From positions 4,225 through 68,224 of the forward strand of contig CAZQLD010000003.1 of the NCBI GenBank assembly GCA_964594115.1: a stretch of DNA of 64,000 bases, written 5' to 3'. The notes below the pieces were generated by a model that saw only the letters and a list, made by a program, of their open reading frames with translations, was not told where the DNA came from and searched no databases. Origin of the DNA: Candidatus Woesearchaeota archaeon (GTDB lineage: Archaea; Nanobdellota; Nanobdellia; Pacearchaeales; GW2011-AR1). Shown in pieces: positions 16,211 through 25,220 of the stretch; within the stretch, counting starts at the first letter, position 1; every line of letters begins with the position of its first letter. A program made the position numbers and the translations under genes.

Positions 16211-16768
16211 TCAGTCATCATTAACAGTGTCTGCTTTAGTATCTGCAATAAGGATATTAGCAATCTCAACTGGCAAATTTACAATATCTCCTTTTTTAAA
16301 TGGTCCAAGCTTCTCGCCATCTAAACCTAAAAACTCTTCTGTATCCAATAAAAATGTTATTAATTTATTTTTCTTTTTTTCCTCTTCCTGGCCATTAAGT
16401 AATTTTGTCAAATTTTTATCACCTTCTCCCATGCTCTCCATTATTTTATCAAACACCTCTTTCTCAAAAGCCAGCATATTCTCATAATCTCTTTTTGAAA
16501 TTCCAGTCTCAGCAGCAACAAAAGCTAAATTAAGTAATTTCTTTTTCCTTCTTAGTATCAGTTCTTTAAACATAGAAATAGCATTTTCAAACTGTTTTTT
16601 TGTTTTTGAAATAGCCTCAGAGAATATATCCGGAGATTTTTCAGAGATAGTCTTTTTTTCCTTCAGATAAGTAGCAACCTCTTGAACAAAATTCTTATTT
16701 AATTGCTGTAATTGCTCTGAATATCTTTCTTTTCTCAAAGCTTCATAAATATCATTATAAGTTATCAT
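16211..16768 (-). CDS. GINS subunit-like protein (Gins51/Gins15 type)
   Basis: The N-terminus ITYNDIYEALRKERYSEQLQQLNKNFVQEVATYL resembles the archaeal GINS A-domain opening. 185 aa. Recall-based. Confidence 0.5.
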   Translation of the reverse strand: MITYNDIYEALRKERYSEQLQQLNKNFVQEVATYLKEKKTISEKSPDIFSEAISKTKKQFENAISMFKELILRRKKKLLNLAFVAAETGISKRDYENMLAFEKEVFDKIMESMGEGDKNLTKLLNGQEEEKKKNKLITFLLDTEEFLGLDGEKLGPFKKGDIVNLPVEIANILIADTKADTVNDD

Positions 16769-16862
16769 ATGCCTAGTATCTTCTTTTTTCCAAAATTAAA
16801 AAGAAAATTTGGTTTTTAATAATTATTGTAATACAAAATAAATTAATTTAAATGTATTTAAA

Positions 16863-18119
16863 TTAAGCAAATCCAATCTTCTTTAAAAACTCTTTCCCAT
16901 AAATTTTGCCAAGCTTGCCTTTCTTCGCCTGAACCTCATTAAAAGCAACACATCCATCTTTCTCAACCTTTTCCTTGCCTTGCCCTCCAAAAAGCAAAAC
17001 AGGAACCGGATCCGCAGAATGGCTTTTTAAATTACAAGGAGTAGAATGATCTGCGGTTACTGCCACCCTTACCTTGTTTTTTATGGCAAATTTCTTTAAA
17101 AATGAGAAAAATTTCCTATCAATCAGCTCAATCATTGCTTTTTTTTGATGGGGTTTATTATCGTGCCCAGCAGAATCTGTTTCTTTAAAATACACTAAAA
17201 AATAATCAAACTGTTTTCTCTTTTTCTTAATTATACTTATTGATTTTTTAATCTCTAAAGCTAAATTTTTTCTAAAGTTTTTGTATGCATCATGACCTTT
17301 AAATTCTATTGCTTTGAAGTCAAACAAATTAATCCCTAATGACTTACAAACCCCCTTCATAACTGGAACAGAAGTAGAACAGACCCATTGCCCATATTTT
17401 GTTATTTTTTTAACAGAGATTCCTGGAGATCTCAAAAGAAGAATATTTGCAGGATAAAAACCTCTTTTCCTTCTTAGCTCATTGAGGGGATGTTCATTTA
17501 GCTTTAAAAAAGATTGTTCCACAAATTCATTTAGCATATTAGTTGTATACTCACTATTCTCGTCTTCATCTAAAGGTTCAGAAAATCTAAACTTACCTTG
17601 CTCAGATTTATCTGTAGGTTGATGTGCAGGATCCATTTCTGTTATATTATCTGAAAAACCACCTCTTAAAACTAAAATGCCCCTATGCTGAAGTGTCGCC
17701 TTAAAAATATACTTACGGGGTAAAAAGATTTTATTTATATCTTTAGCTAAAACTTGAGCCTCTTTTGTAGTTAAGGTTCTTCCTGCTCTTCTATCTATTA
17801 CATTTTTATCTTTAAGATTATCAATTGTTGCAAAATTAGCTCTTAAAGCTAAATCTCCTCTATCTAATTTTATCCCTTCCCCCATAGCTTCTAACCAGCC
17901 TCTTGGATAATCTTGCCAGTTTTGGCCAAACATAGAAATAACAGCTTCATGAGTTCCAGGAACAAAATCCTCATGCACAGGATACAGCAAACCAAGTTGT
18001 CCTTGTTCTGCCATGTAATCTAAATTGGGTTTTTCTGCTACTTCTAAAGGAGTCCTTCCACCAAGTTGCCTGCAAGCCCTGTCCCCTAATCCATCAATTA
18101 TTATTAATATACCTTTCAT
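16863..18119 (-). CDS. apgM: Cofactor-independent phosphoglycerate mutase, archaeal type
   Basis: N-terminal ILIIIDGLGDR and C-terminal VTADHSTP..HSADPVPVLL, which are alkaline-phosphatase-superfamily metal ligands. 418 aa. Confidence 0.85.
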   Translation of the reverse strand: MKGILIIIDGLGDRACRQLGGRTPLEVAEKPNLDYMAEQGQLGLLYPVHEDFVPGTHEAVISMFGQNWQDYPRGWLEAMGEGIKLDRGDLALRANFATIDNLKDKNVIDRRAGRTLTTKEAQVLAKDINKIFLPRKYIFKATLQHRGILVLRGGFSDNITEMDPAHQPTDKSEQGKFRFSEPLDEDENSEYTTNMLNEFVEQSFLKLNEHPLNELRRKRGFYPANILLLRSPGISVKKITKYGQWVCSTSVPVMKGVCKSLGINLFDFKAIEFKGHDAYKNFRKNLALEIKKSISIIKKKRKQFDYFLVYFKETDSAGHDNKPHQKKAMIELIDRKFFSFLKKFAIKNKVRVAVTADHSTPCNLKSHSADPVPVLLFGGQGKEKVEKDGCVAFNEVQAKKGKLGKIYGKEFLKKIGFA

Positions 18120-18259
18120 ACAAAGATTAAGAAGTTCAAATTTATAAACTTAATTGTATTAGATTAGCTAAATTATTATTTTTATCGACGATAAAGAGAA
18201 TAAATTTGTCTTTCCAGAATATTAGTAAATATTATAAACCATTCTTGAGTATAATTCTT

Positions 18260-19435
18260 ATGTTTGAATTTTTTAAGAAAAAACTAAAGTCTTGGATTGG
18301 AAAAAGTAAAGAAGAGATAGAAGAAAAAGCAGAGGTAAAAGAAGAAGAAAAGCCAGAGATAAAAAAAATAGAAGAAGAAGTTGAAGAGATTGAAAAAGAG
18401 GTTGAAGAAGTTGAAGAAATAGGAGAAAAAGCAGAAGAAAAGCCAGAGATAAAAAAAATAGAAGAAGAAGTTGAAGAGATTGAAAAAGAGGTTGAAGAAG
18501 TTGAAGGAGAAAAAATAGAACTAATAAGCAGAGAAGCTCCAACAATAGAAGAACTTGGAAAAGAAAAAACAAGTATCTTTAAAAAAATAAAAGGAAAATT
18601 TTCTTACAAACTCTCAGAAGAAGATTTCGAAAATATATTTGAAAAATTAGAACTCCTCTTACTTGAAAATAACGTGGCTTTAGAAGCCACTGAAAGCATA
18701 AAAGAACAACTTAAAGAAGAACTCCTGGAAAAAGAAATAAAAAAAGAAAATCTAGAGCAAGAGATAAAACAAGCATTAAAAAAAGCAATAGAAAATATTT
18801 TGATTGAGCCTGATGATATTCTAAGTCTTGTAAAAGAAAAACAACCTTTTGTTATTGTATTTTTTGGTATTAATGGCACAGGAAAAACAACAACAATAGC
18901 TAAACTCGCCAATTTCTTTAAACAAAATAATATTTCCTGTGTTTTAGCAGCTTCTGATACATTTAGAGCAGCTTCAATAGAACAGCTTCAAGAACACAGT
19001 TCTAAACTAAATATTAAGCTAATTAAACATGATTATGGAGCAGATCCTGCAGCAGTAGCTTTTGATGCAATAAAGCATGCAAAAGCACATAACATACAAG
19101 TTGTTTTAATAGATACTGCTGGAAGAATGCATACAAAAGAAAATCTTCTAAATGAAATGGAAAAAATCTGCAGGGTTACAGATCCAGACTTAAAAATATT
19201 TGTGGCAGAAAGCATAGCTGGAAATGATGCAATTCAGCAAGCAAAAAACTTCGATGAATCAATAGGTATTGATGGAAGTATTCTAACAAAAGCAGATGTT
19301 GATGAAAAAGGTGGAACAGCCATTTCTATAAGCTATGTAACAAAAAAGCCGATTCTTTATCTAGGAATGGGCCAAAATTACGAAGATTTAGAACTCTTTA
19401 ATAAAGAAAAATTTATTGAAAAATTGGGATTGTGA
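18260..19435 (+). CDS. ftsY: Signal recognition particle receptor FtsY
   Basis: GINGTGKTTTIAKLA (G1), DTAGRMH (G3), TKADVDEKGG (G4). Acidic repetitive N-terminus. First ATG at 18260; the tracked start 18206 is TTG. Confidence 0.9.
   Translation: MFEFFKKKLKSWIGKSKEEIEEKAEVKEEEKPEIKKIEEEVEEIEKEVEEVEEIGEKAEEKPEIKKIEEEVEEIEKEVEEVEGEKIELISREAPTIEELGKEKTSIFKKIKGKFSYKLSEEDFENIFEKLELLLLENNVALEATESIKEQLKEELLEKEIKKENLEQEIKQALKKAIENILIEPDDILSLVKEKQPFVIVFFGINGTGKTTTIAKLANFFKQNNISCVLAASDTFRAASIEQLQEHSSKLNIKLIKHDYGADPAAVAFDAIKHAKAHNIQVVLIDTAGRMHTKENLLNEMEKICRVTDPDLKIFVAESIAGNDAIQQAKNFDESIGIDGSILTKADVDEKGGTAISISYVTKKPILYLGMGQNYEDLELFNKEKFIEKLGL
18344..18506 (+). repeat. In-frame tandem duplication (73 identical nt, 90-nt period) inside ftsY
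   Basis: Copies 18344..18416 and 18434..18506 both encode EEKPEIKKIEEEVEEIEKEVEEVE. Confidence 0.9.
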
Positions 19436-19520
19436 ATTTCTGGAACTAAAAAACAGAAAAGGAAGCATTTATAAAAGGGACTAATCTGTTTTTAGATAAT
19501 AAAATTTAATAAACTATAAA

Positions 19521-19721
19521 ATGAAAGGAAAAGTAAAATTTTTTAATGAAACAAAAGGATTTGGCTTTATCACATGTGAAGACGGAAAAGAGTATTTTGT
19601 ACACCAGACAGGACTAAAAGAAGGTGTTACTATACATGAAAATGATGAAGTAGTATTTGATGTAGAAGAAGGAGACAGAGGCCCAAAAGCTGTTAATGTT
19701 GCGTTAGAGGGTTCTGAATAA
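19521..19721 (+). CDS. Cold-shock domain protein (CspA family)
   Basis: KGKVKFFNETKGFGFI (RNP1) and YFVHQT (RNP2). 66 aa. Confidence 0.85.
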   Translation: MKGKVKFFNETKGFGFITCEDGKEYFVHQTGLKEGVTIHENDEVVFDVEEGDRGPKAVNVALEGSE

Positions 19722-19810
19722 TCATATTCAGAAACTCTTTGACTAGAATTTTTTCTTATTTTGTTTAACATATACACTTAATTTATAAACATCTCTTTTT
19801 TATTATATTT

Positions 19811-21190
19811 ATGTTATCATCATTAGGCTCGGCATTAAAGAAAACATTTGACAAGTTAGCTGGAAGCATTTTCCTAGATAAAAAAACTATTGATGCTGTT
19901 GTTAAAAATCTTCAAAGAGCACTAATAGAAGCAGATGTTAATGTTGCTTTGGTTGCAGAACTAAGTGAAAAAATAAGAAAAGCAGCTTCTGAAGAGAAAA
20001 TCAAAGGGAAAAACATAGATAGAAAAGAACATCTCGTAAAACTTTTGCATGATGAGATTCTATATATGCTTGGAGGTGAGAAAAAAGAATTAGATATTAA
20101 AGGTAAAAAAAGAATTATGATGTTGGGGTTGTATGGTGCAGGAAAAACAACATCAGTTGCAAAATTAGCCCTTTATTACAGTAAAAGAGGAAAAAAACCA
20201 TGCCTTCTTGGATTAGATGTACACCGCCCAGCAGCACCTGACCAGCTTGAACAACTAGCTAAAAAAATCAAAATTCCTGTTTTTATTGATAAAAAAGAAA
20301 AAGATCCTCTAAAAATTTACAAGAATTTTCAAAAACAACTTGAAGCATATGACTTAATCTTAATTGATACTGCAGGTAGGCACTCTCTTGATAAAGAACT
20401 TATTAAAGAAATAGAAGAACTGGAAAAAGAAATCAATCCAGATTACCTGTTGTTAGTAATGCCTGCTGACATTGGCCAGGCTGCAAAAAAACAAGCTTCT
20501 GAATTTCAAAAAGCATGCAAAATTAATGGAGTCATAATAACAAGAATGGATTCTTCTGCTAAAGGCGGAGGAGCTCTCACAGCTTGTGCAGAAACACAAG
20601 CCCCTGTTTTTTTCATAGGAACAGGTGAAAAAATGCCAGACATAGAAACATTTGTACCTTCTGCTTTTATTTCTAGAATTTTGGGGTTAGGAGATTTAGA
20701 AAGTTTAATAGAAAAAGTCAAAACAGCCACAGAATTCGATGGAAAAAAACAGAAAAAATTAAAAAAGAAACTTGAAGAGGGAAAATTTAATTTAAGAGAT
20801 TTACAAGAACAACTAAAATCAGTAAAATCTCTTGGCAGTCTATCAAAAATAACAGAGATGATCCCTGGTTTAGGAAAAGCAAAGATTCCAGAAAATCTTT
20901 TAGGCGCACAAGAAGATAAAATTAAAAAATGGAGCCATATAATAGACTCAATGACAGAAGAAGAAATTGAAAACCCGGAAATACTAGAAAAACAAACTTC
21001 TCGACTTAAAAGAATAGCTAAAGGCTCTGGAACCTCCACTACAGACATAAGACAACTCCTCAAACAACATAAGCTTTTAAAAGATATCGCCTCAGGAGGA
21101 GATATTGCAGATATAGACCCTTCTCAAGGATTAAGCCAAAAACAACTTCAAAAACTTGCAAAGAAGTTTGGGAAGAAGATTAGGCTTTAA
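19811..21190 (+). CDS. srp54: Signal recognition particle protein SRP54
   Basis: GLYGAGKTTSVAKLA, DTAGRHS, TRMDSSAKGG, and an M domain. TATA TTTATAAA at 19782..19789. Confidence 0.92.
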   Translation: MLSSLGSALKKTFDKLAGSIFLDKKTIDAVVKNLQRALIEADVNVALVAELSEKIRKAASEEKIKGKNIDRKEHLVKLLHDEILYMLGGEKKELDIKGKKRIMMLGLYGAGKTTSVAKLALYYSKRGKKPCLLGLDVHRPAAPDQLEQLAKKIKIPVFIDKKEKDPLKIYKNFQKQLEAYDLILIDTAGRHSLDKELIKEIEELEKEINPDYLLLVMPADIGQAAKKQASEFQKACKINGVIITRMDSSAKGGGALTACAETQAPVFFIGTGEKMPDIETFVPSAFISRILGLGDLESLIEKVKTATEFDGKKQKKLKKKLEEGKFNLRDLQEQLKSVKSLGSLSKITEMIPGLGKAKIPENLLGAQEDKIKKWSHIIDSMTEEEIENPEILEKQTSRLKRIAKGSGTSTTDIRQLLKQHKLLKDIASGGDIADIDPSQGLSQKQLQKLAKKFGKKIRL

Positions 21191-21419
21191 AATTAATATG
21201 CCAACCTTTTTTGTCTCTTCTGATAATAGCCAAATAATTCAAATTATTTTCACTAAAAATTTCGTTTTTAACAACATAGGCCTCAAAAATTTCTTCGTCA
21301 TCATTCTTTTTAATTATTTTCAGATACAAAGCTTTCTCTCCAGGAAGCCTTGCTTCACTAAGTATATGAATAACATTTTCATTGTTGATTAATTTCTCTA
21401 TAGGGATATATTTTTTCAT
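21180..21419 (-). CDS. Hypothetical 79-aa protein
   Basis: ATG-started ORF convergent with srp54 (11-nt 3' overlap). No motif recognised. Confidence 0.35.
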   Translation of the reverse strand: MKKYIPIEKLINNENVIHILSEARLPGEKALYLKIIKKNDDEEIFEAYVVKNEIFSENNLNYLAIIRRDKKGWHINFKA

Positions 21420-21468
21420 AATTTTTTAGATTACTTAGTTTTTTAAATAATATTATAGTTAACTATAC

Positions 21469-22068
21469 ATGAAACCCAAAATAATCCAGCAAGGAGCAGA
21501 AGCTATCTTAATTAAAAAAAAAGGGTATTTAATAAAAGATAGGATCAAAAAAGGCTACCGCCTGCCTGTCTTGGATGAAAAGCTGCGTAAACAAAGAACA
21601 AGAAAAGAAGCCAAGCTCCTTGACAAAACCTCTTCTCTGATTTCTGTTCCTGAGGTTATTGAAACAAATAACAAGGATAAAATAAAAATGCAGTTCATCA
21701 AAGGAAAAAAATTATCTGAACATCTAGACAATATGAAAAATTCCATAAAAATATGTGAAGAAATTGGCAAACAAGTATCTATTTTACATGATAATGATGT
21801 TATACACGGAGATTTAACAACCTCAAATATGATTTACAATAAAAAAGTTTATTTTATAGATTTTGGTCTGGGAGTTCATAGCCACAGGATTGAAGACAAA
21901 GCTGTAGACTTGCATCTTTTGAGGAAAGCGTTAGAAGCCAAACACTTCTTGCACTGGAAAGAATTTTTCTCTTCTGTCTTAAAAGGATATAATAGCAAAG
22001 ATAAAGAAAAAGTCTTAAAACAGTTAAAAAGAGTAGAATCAAGAGGAAGATATAAGAAAGGCTTTTAA
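21469..22068 (+). CDS. bud32: Kae1-associated kinase Bud32 (KEOPS subunit)
   Basis: Small atypical kinase: GAEAIL, VIHGDLTTSNMIY, IDFGL, C-terminal VESRGRY. 199 aa. Confidence 0.8.
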   Translation: MKPKIIQQGAEAILIKKKGYLIKDRIKKGYRLPVLDEKLRKQRTRKEAKLLDKTSSLISVPEVIETNNKDKIKMQFIKGKKLSEHLDNMKNSIKICEEIGKQVSILHDNDVIHGDLTTSNMIYNKKVYFIDFGLGVHSHRIEDKAVDLHLLRKALEAKHFLHWKEFFSSVLKGYNSKDKEKVLKQLKRVESRGRYKKGF

Positions 22069-22092
22069 ATTAAGTTTATCTATTTCTTACAT

Positions 22093-22194
22093 AGCCCCGT
22101 AGTCTAGCGGTCAAGGATGCTGCCCTTTGGTCCAAATCATAAGATTTGCTAAGGCAGAAAGGCAGTGACCCGGGTTCGAATCCTGGCGGGGCTA
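22093..22194 (+). tRNA. tRNA-Gln (anticodon TTG) with ~29-nt intron (about 22131..22159)
   Basis: A1-U72 acceptor AGCCCCG/CGGGGCT (archaeal tRNA-Gln hallmark), anticodon stem CTGCC with loop CTTTGG, 3' strand GGCAG present twice, T arm CCGGG-TTCGAAT-CCTGG. Exact splice sites could not be resolved by eye. Confidence 0.75.
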
Positions 22195-22251
22195 TTTTGC
22201 TACTCTCCAATTCACAATAAGATTTTTAAATGCAAAAAACAAAGATTTAAA

Positions 22252-22626
22252 ATGACTAAAGGAAAAACAAGGGATAAAAAGGCAGACAGCTTAGAGAAAG
22301 AAAAACCAGTATGGTTCAAATTCAGTAATGAAGATGTAGAAGCAATTGTTTTAAAACTCGCAAAACAGGGTTTAACATCAGAGAAAATTGGCCTTGCCCT
22401 AAGAGATACTTATGGTATCCCAACAACAAAACTTTCTGGGAAAAAAATCAGCCAGATTTTAAAAGAAAATAAACTGTACAAAGATGCGGAGTTTGAAAAT
22501 CTTGAAAAAAAACAGCAAACAATTAAAGAACACCTAGCAAAAAATAAGCAGGATGAAAAATCAAAAAGAGCCTTAACAATAATAACTGCAAGAATTTCTA
22601 AACTTAAAAAATATAAAAAGAGGTAA
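22252..22626 (+). CDS. rps15: 30S ribosomal protein S15 (S13e type)
   Basis: PVWFKFSNEDVEAIVLKLAKQGLTSEKIGLALRDTYGIP and C-terminal RALTIITARISKL. The tracked GTG start 22165 lies inside tRNA-Gln, so ATG 22252 is used. Confidence 0.85.
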   Translation: MTKGKTRDKKADSLEKEKPVWFKFSNEDVEAIVLKLAKQGLTSEKIGLALRDTYGIPTTKLSGKKISQILKENKLYKDAEFENLEKKQQTIKEHLAKNKQDEKSKRALTIITARISKLKKYKKR

Positions 22627-22674
22627 ACCTACATAAACTTTGAAAATCTTTGATTTTCACTGTTAAAAAACAAA

Positions 22675-23994
22675 ATGCTTGAACAAATTAAGAATTTAGT
22701 GGAAAAATTTTCGCAACATAATGAAGACCAAAAAATTCAGATAGTGAGCCATCATGATACTGATGGAATCTGTTCTGCGGCAATAATGGCAACAGCCCTC
22801 CAAAGACTAGATAAAAAGTTTTCTGTAAGAATTGTAAAACAGCTTGAAAAAGAGATTATAGAAGAACTGCCCAAAGATAGTGTTATAATATTTTTAGATT
22901 TAGCTTCAGGAAGTTTAGAAGAAATAAACAGATTAAAAACAGATGTTTATATCCTAGACCACCACGAAATTAATAAGAACGCTAAAATAGGGGAAAATGT
23001 AAATTTAGTAAATCCGAATCTTCAAGATAAAGAAAATTTATGCGGAGCTTGTCTGACATATCTCTTTGCTAAAGAATTAAACAATAATAATAAAGATTTG
23101 GCAAATCTCGCAGTTATAGGAATGGTTGGCGACATGCTTGAAAAAAATATTGGAAAAATAGGAAATAACATAATAAACGACGCTGAAATAATAATCAAAA
23201 AGGGTCTGTTGCTTTACCCTGCTACTCGCCCGCTAAATAAAACCTTAGAATTTAATTCTAGTGTATTTATTCCCGGTGTAACTGGCTCTTTTTCAGGAGC
23301 ACAAAATCTTTTAAGAGAAGCAGGAATAGGAAAAAAAGATGGCAAGTACAAAAATTTAATAGAATTAAACGAAGATGAAATGTCTAAATTAATTACTTCA
23401 ATATTATTAAGAACGAACAAACAAAAAACTGAAGATCTCATTGGAAATATTTATTTGATAAAAATTTTTAATAAATTAGAGGACACAAGAGAACTATCTG
23501 CTATGATAAATGCATGCTCAAGACTAGAACAAAGCCACATAGCCCTATCATTGTGCATGGGGAAAAAAGAAGCAAGGAAAAAAGCTGAAAAAATATACGC
23601 TAATTATAAACAACACCTAATTTCCGGTTTAAATTTTGTGTCAAACTCGAAGAAAATAGAAGGAGATAATTATATTATAATAAATGCAAAAAACAATATA
23701 AAAGATACAGTAACAGGAACAATAGCTTCTATTCTTTCTATGTCTTCTATCTACAAAGAAGGAACAGCAATAATAACAATGGCTCGCAGTGGGGATAAAA
23801 TTAAAGTTTCTGGAAGAATTGCAGGAAGGAATGGTAGGAATATTCATGAAATTTTATCTTCAGTTATCCAAGAAATAGGAGGGGAAGTAGGAGGCCACGC
23901 TCTCGCTGCAGGTTGTCTAATAGAAAAAGAAAAAGAAAAAGCATTTATCGAGGTGCTGAAAAAAAAGCTGGAAGTTGAATTAGTAAAGATTTAA
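22675..23994 (+). CDS. DHH/DHHA1 phosphoesterase, RecJ-like (possible GINS-associated nuclease)
   Basis: VSHHDTDGICSAAIM, ILDHHE (DHH), GGEVGGHALAAG (DHHA1 GGH). Confidence 0.7.
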   Translation: MLEQIKNLVEKFSQHNEDQKIQIVSHHDTDGICSAAIMATALQRLDKKFSVRIVKQLEKEIIEELPKDSVIIFLDLASGSLEEINRLKTDVYILDHHEINKNAKIGENVNLVNPNLQDKENLCGACLTYLFAKELNNNNKDLANLAVIGMVGDMLEKNIGKIGNNIINDAEIIIKKGLLLYPATRPLNKTLEFNSSVFIPGVTGSFSGAQNLLREAGIGKKDGKYKNLIELNEDEMSKLITSILLRTNKQKTEDLIGNIYLIKIFNKLEDTRELSAMINACSRLEQSHIALSLCMGKKEARKKAEKIYANYKQHLISGLNFVSNSKKIEGDNYIIINAKNNIKDTVTGTIASILSMSSIYKEGTAIITMARSGDKIKVSGRIAGRNGRNIHEILSSVIQEIGGEVGGHALAAGCLIEKEKEKAFIEVLKKKLEVELVKI

Positions 23995-24251
23995 AAATCC
24001 TCTTTCTTAGACATGTGAACACTTTTAAAAACCAACTTCTCTAATTTTTTAAAATCTTCTGGATTATGCTCCTTAAATTCAGAGATAAATATCTCTCCTG
24101 TTTCCTCGTTTTCCAGGATAGCTACATATTTATCTTTTTTGTTAAAGATGCACTTTGGAAATAAATAATGCTCGTGCCACTTAATATTTTTTTCTGTTAG
24201 TTCTTCAGCTATTTTCATCCATTCTGAGAATGATATTTTTTTAGATTTCAT
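23991..24251 (-). CDS. Hypothetical 86-aa protein
   Basis: ATG-started ORF with a 4-nt convergent overlap with the RecJ-like gene. No motif recognised. Confidence 0.35.
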   Translation of the reverse strand: MKSKKISFSEWMKIAEELTEKNIKWHEHYLFPKCIFNKKDKYVAILENEETGEIFISEFKEHNPEDFKKLEKLVFKSVHMSKKEDF

Positions 24252-24347
24252 AATCTAATTATTGCTCTAAGGTTTAATAAATTTTTGGTGAATTAAAGAA
24301 AATCCCTAAAACAAAAGTTTTATAATGCTTCTTTTAATGATTTCTCT

Positions 24348-24515
24348 ATGAAAAGCAGATTTGTTAGAGTTAGATGTCAAAAATGTAAGAACGAACAAAT
24401 AGTATTTGGAAAAGCCTCTTCCACAGTAAAATGTTTGATATGTGACTCAGATCTTACAGAATCAAGTGGTGGAAAAACAAAAATCAAAGCAAGAGTTATT
24501 GAGGTGCTAAATTAA
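24348..24515 (+). CDS. rps27e: 30S ribosomal protein S27e (below ORF-track cutoff)
   Basis: Hand translation: MKSRFVRVRCQKCKNEQIVFGKASSTVKCLICDSDLTESSGGKTKIKARVIEVLN (CxxC...CxxC zinc knuckle). 56 codons verified in frame. Confidence 0.85.
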   Translation: MKSRFVRVRCQKCKNEQIVFGKASSTVKCLICDSDLTESSGGKTKIKARVIEVLN

Positions 24516-24524
24516 TTTAGAAAA

Positions 24525-25220
24525 ATGCAAAAGAAATTAGAAGAAGGCCAAATCGTTTTATGTACTGTAACCAAAGTAGTTGGAACAACAGTTTTTATAA
24601 AAATTGAAGGTTATGATAAAGAAGGAACAATAATGACATCTGAAATCGCACCAGGAAGAATAAGAAACCTAAGAGACTACGTCGTTCCAAATAAAAAAAT
24701 TGTCTGCAAAATATTAAGAATAGACAAAAGCCATACAGATTTAAGTTTAAGGAGGGTAGCAGCAAAAGAAAAAAGGGAAATCCTTGAAAATTATAAAAAA
24801 GAAAAAAGTTTAATCGCCACACTAAAAACCATCTTAAAAGATGCCGAGCTAATAATCAAGAAAATTAAAGAAGAATCTTTTTTAACAGAATTTTTTGAAA
24901 AAGCAAAAGAAAATCCAGAATTATTAAAGGATTTGATGAGTAAAGAAGAAGCCACAAAACTTCTTAAAATCTTGAAAGAAAAAAAAGAAAAGGAAATATC
25001 TGTCAAGAAAAAATTCTCTCTAACTAGTCAGGCAGAAGATGGGATGACAAAAATAAAAAAGATTCTGCCCCTAGAAACAACATATATTGCAGCAGGAAAA
25101 TTCTTAATTACAGTTAAGGATAAGAACTATAAAGAGGCTAACATAAAAATTAATAATCTTTTAGGGGATATAGAAAAAAAAGCAAAACAAGAAAACTGTG
25201 TTTTTTCTGTTGAAAAATGA
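24525..25220 (+). CDS. eif2a: Translation initiation factor aIF2 alpha subunit
   Basis: S1 domain EGQIVLCTVTKVVGTTVFIKIEGYDKEGTIMTSEIAPGRIRNLRDYV..DLSLRRV. Conserved position after rps27e. Confidence 0.8.
   Translation: MQKKLEEGQIVLCTVTKVVGTTVFIKIEGYDKEGTIMTSEIAPGRIRNLRDYVVPNKKIVCKILRIDKSHTDLSLRRVAAKEKREILENYKKEKSLIATLKTILKDAELIIKKIKEESFLTEFFEKAKENPELLKDLMSKEEATKLLKILKEKKEKEISVKKKFSLTSQAEDGMTKIKKILPLETTYIAAGKFLITVKDKNYKEANIKINNLLGDIEKKAKQENCVFSVEK

Noticed and set aside
18344-18506. Possible CRISPR array (also 45521..45673)
   Set aside because: Both repeat sets are in-frame coding duplications with two copies and no spacer-repeat architecture. No cas genes are present in the window.
18273-18572. 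Tracked antisense 99-aa Leu/Phe-rich ORF
   Set aside because: It is the mirror image of the GAA-rich acidic repeat of ftsY, so it is a low-complexity shadow ORF.
20506-21063. Tracked antisense 185-aa ORF
   Set aside because: It is fully inside srp54, whose GTPase and M-domain motifs are unambiguous on the plus strand.
22165-22251. N-terminal extension of rps15 (GTG start)
   Set aside because: It starts inside tRNA-Gln. ATG 22252 gives a normal S15 N-terminus.
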